Origin: an uncultured delta proteobacterium
Lineage (GTDB): Bacteria > Desulfobacterota > Desulfobacteria > Desulfobacterales > B30-G6
DNA: 64,000 bases
Direction: 5' to 3'
Assembly: GCA_963701385.1 (NCBI GenBank)
Contig: CAVOZW010000027.1
Location: forward strand, 132,602 to 196,601
Part shown: positions 34,048-43,315 of the stretch, in pieces
Position numbering within the stretch: the first letter of the stretch is position 1
Layout: each line of letters starts with the position of its first letter
Notes under the pieces: generated by a model
What the model was told of the DNA's origin: nothing
The model's input: the letters and a program-made list of their open reading frames with translations, nothing else
Database searches by the model: none
Made by a program: the position numbers and the translations under genes

Positions 34048-35821
34048 ATGATCGATTCCGATAAAATCATCAACACCCTGATCCTTCTAGGATCTGATCC
34101 GATGATAGTAGCGTTGGCCATTATTGTGGCCACTTTTATTTTGGAGGATGCCGCAACAATCGCAGCCGCCATGCTGGCTTCAGATGGTGTGCTGCCGGTA
34201 TATCTGGCGATAATAGCGTTGATAACGGGTATTGTACTGGGAGATGTGGGACTTTACGGTCTCGGCCGTTTGTCCACAAAGAGTCCCTGGGTTCGTCGTT
34301 TGCTTCAGCGACGGAGGGCCATTGATGTGCGCAACTGGATGGTGCCTCGTATTTTTCCCATGGTATTCGCTGCACGCTTCATACCGGGTTCACGGTTGCC
34401 CTCTTACACGGCTTCAGGACTGTTCGGTCTTCCTTTTGGGCGCTTTGCCATGGCAGCCTTTCTGGCGGTGACCCTGCAGACATCGCTGCTCTTTACATTG
34501 ATGATTTACTTCGGTATCTATTTTCGGGATCGGCTGGGAGGGTGGCGCTGGGTTCTGGCAGGGGGGGTCGTATTGGTTATCATCGGTATTTCACGACGCT
34601 ATCGACGCGCTCTTCCGTCATCAAGCCATTTGAAGGGCAGCAGATCCAACTCCAGAAAAACACAGTGGCCGACAAAGCACCAGAGAACAACAAACAAAGA
34701 ACTGAATGGACCAAAAATAGTGGCCGGTATTCCAGGAATGCCGCCCATCGATCTCAATCAACCACCGCTATCCTTTTACGAATTCTGGCCGACCTGGTTG
34801 TTTTACATTCCCATTGCCCTGACATGGGGAGTGCTCGCACTTCGCTACCGCTCCATTACCCTGCCGACAGTGGCAAATCCCTTGTTTCCGGAGGGAGATT
34901 TAACAGGTGAGTCCAAGTCAAAGATATTGGACCTCGTCCTGCCTGAGGGGAAAAAATGGTTCGCCCGGCATGTCACCTTGAATCGATCTCATCCATCCGG
35001 GGCCGTTGTGGCAGACATACAACGTACAATGACACGATTATCTGAAGCAGGGATTTCTTTTCCCGTGGTTTCCAAACCTGACATAGGGTGCCGTGGCGTA
35101 GGTGTAAGACTGTCCAAAAATGAAAAAGAATTGGCCGATTACATGGCCAACTTCCCCCCCGGTCAAACGATTTTATTTCAGGAATACATTCCCTACGAAC
35201 CGGAAGCGGGTATATTTTATATTTGCCTTCCTGGTGAGTCAAAAGGGTTTATTTTTTCGATCACTCTAAAGTATTTTCCCCGTGTCATCGGTGACGGACG
35301 ATCGACACTGAGAGAATTGATCGAAAAGGATCCACGGGCAGGCCAGAATCAAGCAGGTCTATTTACCAAGACATGCCAGCCAGTTGGAAAGGGTGCTTCC
35401 TGCGGATGAAACTTTCAGACTCAATTTTGCCGGCAGCCACAGTCGCGGGACAATTTTCCGTAACGGTAATGCCTACATTACGCAGACCCTATGTGACACC
35501 TTCGATAAAGTGGCCAAAACGGTCCCTGGGTTCTATTTTGGGCGATTCGATGTTCGCTTTCCCGATTTTAAAGCACTGCAGAGGGGAGAAGATTTTAAAA
35601 TAGTCGAAATCAACGGTGCCGGCGGGGAGGCCACCAGCATTTGGGACAGCGCCACCTCGCTAGGGGACGCGTATCGAACCCTCATCCGTCAGTGGTCCCT
35701 GCTCTTCAGAATAGGGGACTTAAACCGTGCCAGAGGCTTTCGGCCCGTTAGCCTGGCAACCCTTTTCCGAAACTATCGCCTGGAAAAAAAATTATCGAAG
35801 AAGTATCCATTGACCGAATAA
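34048..35821 (+). pseudogene. DedA/VTT-domain membrane module fused to an ATP-grasp ligase domain, interrupted by a 1-nt frameshift near 35340
   Basis: The N-terminus 'ILEDAATIAAAMLASDGVLP...GDVGLYGLGRL...ARFIPGSRLPSY' is DedA-like. The ATP-grasp region runs 'FPVVSKPDIGCRGVGVRL...LFQEYIPYEPEAGIFY...DPRAG', then continues in the next frame as 'ARIKQVYLPRHASQLERVLPADETFRLNFAGSHSRG...FYFGRFDVRF...IVEINGAGGE'. Confidence 0.6.
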
Positions 35822-35959
35822 ATGTGCACCAAGGGTTTTTTAAAGCCTTGTGATAAATAGAGTAGCCCCTTTTGAGCGCAGGCGGAACCTTAGGTTGACA
35901 AATGCCGCCTAGCTGCCGATGGAATGGCTCAATCATAAGATCCCAAACAGGAGCCAAGC

Positions 35960-37810
35960 ATGCCGAAGTTCATTGATTTGCAGAATACCGTCGATCATCC
36001 AGCGGCTCGGATGCTCATTAAAGTATTCCAAAAACCCTTGGAGCGTATACTGGCCCTGGATCGATTGAATGAGTTGTATGCCATTCTCCAGGAAAGATTG
36101 GAAAAGGGTCTTCAGGAGACTTCCGTATTTGATACGATTCTGGACGTGTTGGATGTTCAATATGATACAAAAAAACATGCCCTTGAAGAGATTTCCAACC
36201 AGGGTCCGCTTGTGCTCGTATCGAATCACCCTTTTGGTGCCATCGAGGGAGTTATTGCGGGTTCCCTGTTATTAAAAGCCAGACCCAACGGTCGTATCCT
36301 CGGCAATTATCTGCTGAATCGTGTTGCCGGTCTTCGCGAATACATCATCGCGGTGGATCCTTTTGAGAACCCTGGTATATCAACAACCAACCTGAAAGGA
36401 TTGAAGCAGTGTCTCCACTGGTTGAGGCAGGGAAATGCACTGGTCACATTTCCGGCTGGAGAGGTTGCCAGCTATCGACTCACCAAAGGACGCGTGGTTG
36501 AACCGGCCTGGGCGTCACATATCGGCGCACTTGTCAGACTTTCCAAGGCGACGGTGCTACCCCTGTATTTCCCTGGGAGAAACAGCGTTTTCTTCATGCT
36601 GGTGGGACTGCTACACCCCCGTTTTCGAACGGCCATGTTGGTCCGGGAGTTGATCAAAAAAACCGGAAAACGCCTGACCGTCCACATCGGAAGACCGGTT
36701 TCATGGCAATATCTTCGTCGTTTTTCCACAGATGAAGCGCTTACGGGGTGCCTGCGACTGAAGATGGAAATCCTTAAGATTCGGGATCAAAAGCACCCGT
36801 TCGTTAGCCAACGTTTACATGTTCGTCATAAAGCAGAGCCGTCCTTGCAACCATTGATCGATCCCATCCCCATATCTCTTTTGAAAAAGGAAATAGGACA
36901 TCTTCCCAAAGGTCAGCTACTGTTTGAGAGAGGCGATTTTAGAGTATTTATCGCAAACAGCACCCAGATACCCCATCTGATGAATGAGATCGGCCGCTTG
37001 AGGGAATTAACCTACCGCGATGTTGGAGAAGGGACCGGTCGTTCCCTGGATCTGGATCGCTTTGATGCTTATTATCTGCATCTCTTTTTATGGAACCAGA
37101 CGACATCAGAATTGATCGGTGCTTATCGAATGGGACTGGTAGACCAAATCATAAGCACCAAGGGCCAAAAGGGTTTATATACCAACGCCCTTTTCCGTTT
37201 TGCGCCGGGGTTTATGGATTATTTGGATGGCGCCATCGAGGTCGGACGTTCTTTTGTAAGGCCCGAATACCAGAGAAAATTCAACAGTCTTATATTGATC
37301 TGGCGAGGGATCGGTGAATTTATCAGGCGAAATCCACGCTATCGAATTTTGTTCGGGCCTGTCAGTATCAGCAGCGATTATCATGCGGTTTCTAGAACGC
37401 TGCTGGTAAAATTTCTTAAAGAGAATAAATTCAATAATGAACTGTCAACTTTTGTGTCTGCCCGGTGCCCATTTCGATCTCCATGGACCGATCACCTGGA
37501 TGAAACCTTGATGCAGGCCAACATACGCGATGTTGAAGACATTTCGTTTATCATTTCAGAAATTGAAAATGACGGTAAAGGGATTCCCGTTCTATTGAAG
37601 CATTATCTCAAGTTGAACGGAAAATTACTCAGTTTCAATGTGGACAAGACGTTTTCCGGTGTGCTTGACGGATTGCTGTATGTGGATCTGCGTGAAACCG
37701 ATCCCAAGATATTGAACCGGTTTATCGGAACCAAACACCCGGCGAACATTGCCCCTAGAAAGTGCTATGAAGCAGGAAAGGTTTGCTGGCATCACTCTCT
37801 CAAGCCATAA
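35960..37810 (+). CDS. Bifunctional acyltransferase, OlsF-like (N-terminal PlsC-type O-acyltransferase plus C-terminal OlsB-type N-acyltransferase)
   Basis: 'VLVSNHPFGAIEGV' and 'FPAGEV' are PlsC blocks. 'IGRLRELTYRDVGEGTGRSLDLDRFDAYYLHLFLWN...LIGAYRM' is an OlsB/hemolysin-like GNAT sequence. Confidence 0.6.
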   Translation: MPKFIDLQNTVDHPAARMLIKVFQKPLERILALDRLNELYAILQERLEKGLQETSVFDTILDVLDVQYDTKKHALEEISNQGPLVLVSNHPFGAIEGVIAGSLLLKARPNGRILGNYLLNRVAGLREYIIAVDPFENPGISTTNLKGLKQCLHWLRQGNALVTFPAGEVASYRLTKGRVVEPAWASHIGALVRLSKATVLPLYFPGRNSVFFMLVGLLHPRFRTAMLVRELIKKTGKRLTVHIGRPVSWQYLRRFSTDEALTGCLRLKMEILKIRDQKHPFVSQRLHVRHKAEPSLQPLIDPIPISLLKKEIGHLPKGQLLFERGDFRVFIANSTQIPHLMNEIGRLRELTYRDVGEGTGRSLDLDRFDAYYLHLFLWNQTTSELIGAYRMGLVDQIISTKGQKGLYTNALFRFAPGFMDYLDGAIEVGRSFVRPEYQRKFNSLILIWRGIGEFIRRNPRYRILFGPVSISSDYHAVSRTLLVKFLKENKFNNELSTFVSARCPFRSPWTDHLDETLMQANIRDVEDISFIISEIENDGKGIPVLLKHYLKLNGKLLSFNVDKTFSGVLDGLLYVDLRETDPKILNRFIGTKHPANIAPRKCYEAGKVCWHHSLKP

Positions 37811-37849
37811 TGAAACATTTCGTAGGATGTATTGCCACCCAGCAGGGCA

Positions 37850-38089
37850 TCAATGTTGCCTTGAATCTTCTGCCGTTTCCTTGTTCTTAAGCCAATTTTC
37901 CCAGTCATCGGCAGATGCCCAGGTGCTGATAACCAGATAAACATCAGGTCTGTCACTACTTTTCATGGTTTCACCTGAAATATACCCACTTTGAGCTGTC
38001 GCCAATGATCTCATCTCCATAAACAAATTTAACATTTTTCTGGATTTTTCCTGGGGAACGGTTCTTTTGATTAAGACTTTAATACTCAT
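37850..38089 (-). CDS. Antibiotic-biosynthesis-monooxygenase (ABM) domain protein
   Basis: 79 aa. 'VLIKRTV...F..M...A..QSGYISGETM...DRPDVYLVISTWASADDWENW' is the ABM fold pattern. AGGAGG RBS. Confidence 0.6.
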   Translation of the reverse strand: MSIKVLIKRTVPQEKSRKMLNLFMEMRSLATAQSGYISGETMKSSDRPDVYLVISTWASADDWENWLKNKETAEDSRQH

Positions 38090-38156
38090 ACCTTCCTCCT
38101 ATATTCAGTGAGTTTCAATAATAACGCATCCCATCAATCATCGAACAGGCCAGAAT

Positions 38157-39026
38157 TTATAATGCCGTGACAATGATACCGGCAATAGCTGTTAGCATTC
38201 CAAGCCCCTGCAGTTTCGTGATTCTGTCTTTCAAAAAAACAATGGCCAGGGTTATGGTCACTATCGATAAGGCAGAGGCTATCGGCGTAATCAATATGGC
38301 ATCTCCGATCGTTAATCCGTAATTGACGACCGCGACCGCACCAGCTTCAATAATTCCCATGAATGCGACCATACATTTTGTCTTGGTGGTCACATTTGTT
38401 AACGCAAGCTCTCTATTTATGAAAAAGGAGAACAGCAGCAAGAAAATAATAATCCCGAGTTTCACAAAGAGGGTCGTTACTAGCCATCCAATTTCTTCGG
38501 ATATAATCTCGCTAATGTTCCAAAAGACACCAAAGAAAAAAGCCCCTAGAACGGTTTCTTTGACACCTGATGAAAGTTGAAACCTTTGATTTTTAATATC
38601 GTTCCAATTTAAGGATGCCAGCGTAACGCCAGAAATAATCATCAAGACGCCCAAGGACTGTAGGGAAGAAAGCCGCTGGCCCATAAAGACAAAAGCAAAC
38701 AGCATTGTAAATACAGCCCATAGATTCATGGTTGCGGCAACAATCGACACATTGCCTATCTCAAATCCTTTGAAAAAAAACAGGTACCCGGCAGAATAGA
38801 CAATTGCAGCGATTGGGATCAAAATGACGACCAGAATGGGGAACTTGAGATCAAATGCAAAAAAGAATATCAGCACCAGGACAGAAACTGAACCAGCCAG
38901 CTGTGACCAAAAGATAGCTTTAAAAGGTCCTATCTGTTTGGCATAAACACCTCCTAAAAAGTCGTATATTCCCCATCCTAACATACCTACCATTCCGATC
39001 AATATGCTTAAGATGGCCGTACTCAT
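38157..39026 (-). CDS. EamA/DMT-family transporter
   Basis: 10 hydrophobic segments arranged as a two-fold 5+5 repeat. It is AT-rich relative to its neighbours. Confidence 0.7.
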   Translation of the reverse strand: MSTAILSILIGMVGMLGWGIYDFLGGVYAKQIGPFKAIFWSQLAGSVSVLVLIFFFAFDLKFPILVVILIPIAAIVYSAGYLFFFKGFEIGNVSIVAATMNLWAVFTMLFAFVFMGQRLSSLQSLGVLMIISGVTLASLNWNDIKNQRFQLSSGVKETVLGAFFFGVFWNISEIISEEIGWLVTTLFVKLGIIIFLLLFSFFINRELALTNVTTKTKCMVAFMGIIEAGAVAVVNYGLTIGDAILITPIASALSIVTITLAIVFLKDRITKLQGLGMLTAIAGIIVTAL

Positions 39027-39147
39027 GCGTGTCGTGGACCTTTGATTGATTCATTTGTTTGCGAAGTCTAATCGTGGTTGCCAGCCCTGGGCGGTCAAGG
39101 CTTCTTTTCAGCTTGCTGCAAAGACGCTTCAACAATACTGGCGGCCG

Positions 39148-39471
39148 CTATTTGTTCTTCGTCGATGGGTTCTCTATTTTTATTGGTAGCGAATCGGGAT
39201 TGTATCGTGATCGCATCAAGCGCCACTGTTCAATTCTAGTTTTTCTTAATTTGATAGGATCTTTCCAGCCATTGGATTGCACACCATAGCCATTTCTCAA
39301 TTTCATGCTCAAATTTTTGTCTCTATCCGAAACCGTTTGCTCATAGGTTGATTTGTCAACGGCATTGCCATCAAAATCATAAAAAATAGTATTGCCAAAT
39401 ACAAATGCGGCTGGATAAATCAAAACAAAAAAAAGGATACTGAAAAAAATGATCAACCGTGTGTTTTTCAT
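39148..39471 (-). CDS. Small secreted or membrane-anchored hypothetical protein
   Basis: ATG with GAGGTG upstream. N-terminal hydrophobic leader 'LIIFFSILFFVLIYPAAFVFG'. Confidence 0.45.
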   Translation of the reverse strand: MKNTRLIIFFSILFFVLIYPAAFVFGNTIFYDFDGNAVDKSTYEQTVSDRDKNLSMKLRNGYGVQSNGWKDPIKLRKTRIEQWRLMRSRYNPDSLPIKIENPSTKNK

Positions 39472-39642
39472 GCTTGTCACCTCGATGTCTTGATGAATAG
39501 TTTAGATTCAGTGTTACAGCCCCTTTTCTAAACGACAGCTGTGATGATACTATCTGAAGCTTATCATAGAAGCTACCCGTTTTTCAAGATTTGGTCGCTT
39601 GTGATCAGATATCATCTTTGATCGTTCCCTTATCCCGACACC

Positions 39643-40338
39643 CTAATAGCGCAGTCCCTTCCAGATAAAATAGAGCCCCACCACCATCATCAGCAGCGCG
39701 CCGAGCTGGTAGACCTTTTCCCGATGCCGCAGCCAACGCAGATCCGTGAGTCTCGATACGAGAAAAAGTGCGGGTATGGTGCCGAGGCCAAAACTGGTCA
39801 TGAGACCCGCCCCGGAAAGCACGCCGCCCAGGGTGTTGTCTGCCTCCATTCCGGAACGGGCGGCAGCAAGCAGGGCCGTGTAAACCGGTCCGCAGGGCAG
39901 CAGCCCCAGAAGCAGTCCGAGAGGCAGGTACATCAGCGAGCGTTTCTTTTTGTGCAGCAGCTTCGTAAAGATCTTGGTGATGAACGTGCCGATAGGCGGC
40001 GCGGCGCGAAAAATGACACTGCTGCGGATCCAGCCGGTCATTGCCAGACCCATCAGCGTGATGATGACACCAGCAGCCACCATGACCCCTTTCTGCAGGC
40101 CGTCGATGCTTTCCGCAAAGCGTGTAAAAGAGGCCATACCACCGACGACCGCACCCAGGAGTCCATAGGTCAATGTTCGGCCGACATTGTAAAACAGGTG
40201 CGGCCAGACCGACGGGCCGCCTTTCAATTGCAGCGAGAGCGATATGACGATGGGCCCGCACATGCCGATACAGTGCCCGAAACCGACAGTCACACCGGTT
40301 GTAAAAAACAGAATATAGATGGAATTAGTAGACAACAT
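39643..40338 (-). CDS. TauE/SafE- or DsbD_2-type membrane protein (commonly associated with cbb3 assembly genes)
   Basis: The 'GFGHCIGMCGPI' motif and about 6 TM segments. The ATG at 40338 overlaps the upstream FixH-like stop by 14 nt. The listed start at 40419 lies inside that gene. Confidence 0.65.
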   Translation of the reverse strand: MLSTNSIYILFFTTGVTVGFGHCIGMCGPIVISLSLQLKGGPSVWPHLFYNVGRTLTYGLLGAVVGGMASFTRFAESIDGLQKGVMVAAGVIITLMGLAMTGWIRSSVIFRAAPPIGTFITKIFTKLLHKKKRSLMYLPLGLLLGLLPCGPVYTALLAAARSGMEADNTLGGVLSGAGLMTSFGLGTIPALFLVSRLTDLRWLRHREKVYQLGALLMMVVGLYFIWKGLRY

Positions 40339-40771
40339 TGAAGGTGAACACGACCGTGCCGATATCCGGCAGGTTGACCATGGCCTGCCAGATGGTCTTT
40401 CCACTGGGGCAGCGGACAATCACACCCTGGCCTTCGTAGGTGGCGGCACCATTTTGCTTGAGGATTACCCGATTCGGCCCCATTTTCATGCCGGGCATGC
40501 CCAAATCGATGAAAGGCGTCTGGGAGAGCGGTTCACCACTGATTTTCACCTGGAAGGTCAGGTCCTTCATCGCTTCCACCGGTTTGGGCAGAATTTCCAG
40601 TTGGACGGTTCTGCCCTTGATCTGCTTCTGACAGCTGCCTGACTGGATGTCGCAGTCCAATTTGATTTCCCCTGCCAGGGCTGAGCCTGGAAAGACTAGC
40701 GAAAAAAGAACAAGATCGATAAACAGGATCCCGGCCCAGATCAATTTAGGTTTGATATTGCTTAGGTTCAT
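40325..40771 (-). CDS. FixH/YtkA-like domain protein
   Basis: N-terminal TM segment, then a beta-rich domain: 'VQLEILPKPVEAMKDLTFQVKISGEPL...DLGMPGMKMGPNRVILK...YEGQGVIVRCPSGKTIW'. Confidence 0.6.
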   Translation of the reverse strand: MNLSNIKPKLIWAGILFIDLVLFSLVFPGSALAGEIKLDCDIQSGSCQKQIKGRTVQLEILPKPVEAMKDLTFQVKISGEPLSQTPFIDLGMPGMKMGPNRVILKQNGAATYEGQGVIVRCPSGKTIWQAMVNLPDIGTVVFTFNVVY

Positions 40772-40843
40772 AGGTCGCTCCTAGTTTCACCCCACCAGTT
40801 TTCGAGCAATTAGCATTCGTTGCACCTTGGCGCCGTCAAGCGA

Positions 40844-41023
40844 CTACTTGGCTGTCAAGCGGATGACGCCGTCTATCCGGATGGTTTCCCCGTTCAGCAT
40901 CGCATTTTCGACGCAGCAGAAGCTGTATTGATCACCACTCCCTTTGCGCCATCCTGGTTGGGCGTATTTAAAACCATTTTGGCCCACGGGACCAGACATG
41001 GTTTTTTCATTTCTGGCTTTGTT
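40844..41023 (-). pseudogene. Remnant of a short-chain dehydrogenase (3-hydroxyacyl-CoA dehydrogenase type-2-like)
   Basis: One frame reads '..PWAKMVLNTPNQDGAKGVVINTASAAS'. A second frame reads '..QYSFCCVENAMLNGETIRIDGVIRLTAK*'. These are the mid and C-terminal SDR segments, with roughly 100 aa missing between them and no N-terminal half. Confidence 0.55.
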
Positions 41024-41818
41024 CTAACCTAGCCATCGCTTGCGACGCTTGTAATGTTTGACATTACGATAACTTCTCCGACCGCCGGACAGATTCAGGC
41101 CAAGATAGAATTCCTTGATGTCTTCATTTTGAAGCAGTTCCTGGGCTGTTCCGTCCAGAACAATGCGCCCGTTTTCCAAAATGTAGGCATGTTGAGCGAT
41201 GGAAAGTGCTATCTTGACATTCTGTTCCACCAACAGGAGGGTTATTTTTTGCTTTTCATTGAGATCTTTCAGTACCTGAAATATTTCCTTGACCAGTCGT
41301 GGGGAAAGCCCCAGGGAAGGTTCATCGAGAATCATCAACTTTGGTCGGGCCATAAAAGCCCGACCCACCACAAGCATTTGCTGTTCACCACCGGAAAGGT
41401 ACCCGGAAGTGTTGTTGCGCAGTTTCTCCAAAATCGGGAAGTAGTCGTAGACCAGATCGATATCCTTCCTGACTGCCTCGATATCATTACGCAAATGGGA
41501 GCCCACCAGCAGATTTTGCTCCACAGAGAGATGCTCCAGCACCTTTCGGCCTTCAACAACCTGCACAATACCAAGCCTTACGATCTCTGTGGGATCCAGC
41601 TGTTCGATCCGGCGTCCCTGGAAGAGGATCTGACCCCGGGTGACTTCCCCCTCTTCAGAATGTTCAAGGCCGGAAATACATTTCAGGGTGGATGTCTTTC
41701 CGGCACCATTGGCCCCGAGGAGGGCCACGATGCCCCCCTCGGGAACCTGCAAGGATACGCCTTTCAATACCAGGATGACTTTATTGTAAATCATTTCGAC
41801 ATTGTTCAGCTCCAACAT
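41024..41818 (-). CDS. ABC transporter ATP-binding protein, LivF-like, with a basic C-terminal tail
   Basis: AGGAGG RBS. 'GANGAGKTSTL', 'LSGGEQQML', 'LMILDEPSLGL'. Tail 'RRSYRNVKHYKRRKRWLG'. Confidence 0.85.
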   Translation of the reverse strand: MLELNNVEMIYNKVILVLKGVSLQVPEGGIVALLGANGAGKTSTLKCISGLEHSEEGEVTRGQILFQGRRIEQLDPTEIVRLGIVQVVEGRKVLEHLSVEQNLLVGSHLRNDIEAVRKDIDLVYDYFPILEKLRNNTSGYLSGGEQQMLVVGRAFMARPKLMILDEPSLGLSPRLVKEIFQVLKDLNEKQKITLLLVEQNVKIALSIAQHAYILENGRIVLDGTAQELLQNEDIKEFYLGLNLSGGRRSYRNVKHYKRRKRWLG

Positions 41819-41924
41819 CGATGACCTCCTATAATGGTAAGCGACGAAATCACTGATTTTCAGAAAGGTTTCCTTGCCATAGGCTTGTTTATTTGCGTTC
41901 AAAGATTGATTTTTCTACCAGGCG

Positions 41925-43163
41925 TTAATCTTTTTTTACCCAGCTGGGGATATCCGGTACTTGTATCCAGTCATTGCTGACGAGAATTTGCTTGCCGTCT
42001 TTTACGGTCGTGGCTTTTACTCTGAGATCTTTTGTGGAAAAAGGCGCCTCTTTGGTAAAGGTCAGGGTTGGCACCAGTCCAAGCAGATCCTCCTCCGTAA
42101 AGGGCTTGACATACATGGCATTATACATGGCTTCACCGGTAATGTTCTCCGGGCCCACCATTTCCGCCGCCCGCTCAACCGCCCGCAATGTCAGCACCTC
42201 CATGATGGCCGCCTGAACCGCGACAATGCTCCACTTGTTGTCCAGACCGAGTTTCTTGCAATACTCGGCGTAAATCTTGGCTCCCGGCACACTCAGGTCA
42301 ACGGCCGGATCCACGCTCCCGGAATCATAATGCCCTTCGAGAAGATTGATGTCCTTGGATGCCATGGTCGACATCTGGATGCCGTCATGGGTAGCGCCGA
42401 CAACGGGTATGTGAATCCCCAACTCTTTTTGAGCCTTGATGGCCCCGATCACATGGGTGGTGTTGGTGGAAATCCAGATGAAATCCGGATTTTTTCGCGA
42501 CAAGCGCCGGACTTCACTCATAAGGGAGACCGGTTTCATCTGTACCCATTCGACACCCACCAATTCAGCCCAGGGTGTAACCTTGCAGAACGATTCCAGG
42601 CCATCGATCATATCCACATATGCGGGTGACACCTTGGAATTGATGGCCCCGATTTTGATGGGTCGGTCTTTTATCTGGTTTTGATGAACCCAGTTAAAAA
42701 AACCTGCGGCTTCATGGGCGTATGTCGGCCGTGGTTGAAACACCCACATATTCGGCAACCAGATGAATCCATAGGTTGCCGTCGACATGATTAGCGGCAC
42801 CTTATCATTGGGCAGGCGTTTCATCAGGGCGGCCACATCCGGCCCGCCGAGCCCCATGTGAGCGATGGGTTTGTCACCGGTCAGGATGCCGGGCCAGGTA
42901 CTGGCGACAACGCTGGGATCATAACGCATATCGTAGGCCTTGCTTTTCAAGGTAATACCAAGTTCCTTGCCCTTGGTTTCGTTCCACCAGGTGAAAAAGG
43001 CCTGACGGGACGTTTCGAAGGGCGGCATGATAACTGCGTAAGGACCGGTGTAATCCACCGAGCAGGTCACGGTATACTCGGCAGCCGTTACCGACGAGGT
43101 CACCAAAACCATTGCCAGCACAATCCCTAACAGAATCGTAATTACGCTGTTTTTTGTACCCAT
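41925..43163 (-). CDS. Periplasmic substrate-binding protein (LivK/type I PBP-like)
   Basis: Signal peptide 'ILLGIVLAMVLVTSSVTA'. Size and position within the Liv-type cluster. GGAGAG RBS. Confidence 0.7.
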   Translation of the reverse strand: MGTKNSVITILLGIVLAMVLVTSSVTAAEYTVTCSVDYTGPYAVIMPPFETSRQAFFTWWNETKGKELGITLKSKAYDMRYDPSVVASTWPGILTGDKPIAHMGLGGPDVAALMKRLPNDKVPLIMSTATYGFIWLPNMWVFQPRPTYAHEAAGFFNWVHQNQIKDRPIKIGAINSKVSPAYVDMIDGLESFCKVTPWAELVGVEWVQMKPVSLMSEVRRLSRKNPDFIWISTNTTHVIGAIKAQKELGIHIPVVGATHDGIQMSTMASKDINLLEGHYDSGSVDPAVDLSVPGAKIYAEYCKKLGLDNKWSIVAVQAAIMEVLTLRAVERAAEMVGPENITGEAMYNAMYVKPFTEEDLLGLVPTLTFTKEAPFSTKDLRVKATTVKDGKQILVSNDWIQVPDIPSWVKKD

Positions 43164-43315
43164 GATTCTCTCCTTTCTTTTTGTTATTGAGGTTTTGCTA
43201 GGTTTGAATAAAAATTCCCAGCTGATTGACAAAGATCCCGACGTACCGCGGTAGCGTCGTATGAACTCAATGAATGGATCAAGATCTTTCATTGGCGAAT
43301 GGCGTGTTCCGACCG

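Noticed and set aside
40820-41032. A 70-aa plus-strand ORF between the FixH-like and LivF-like genes.
   Set aside because: It is antisense to the SDR remnant, which explains the open frame. It has no start context.
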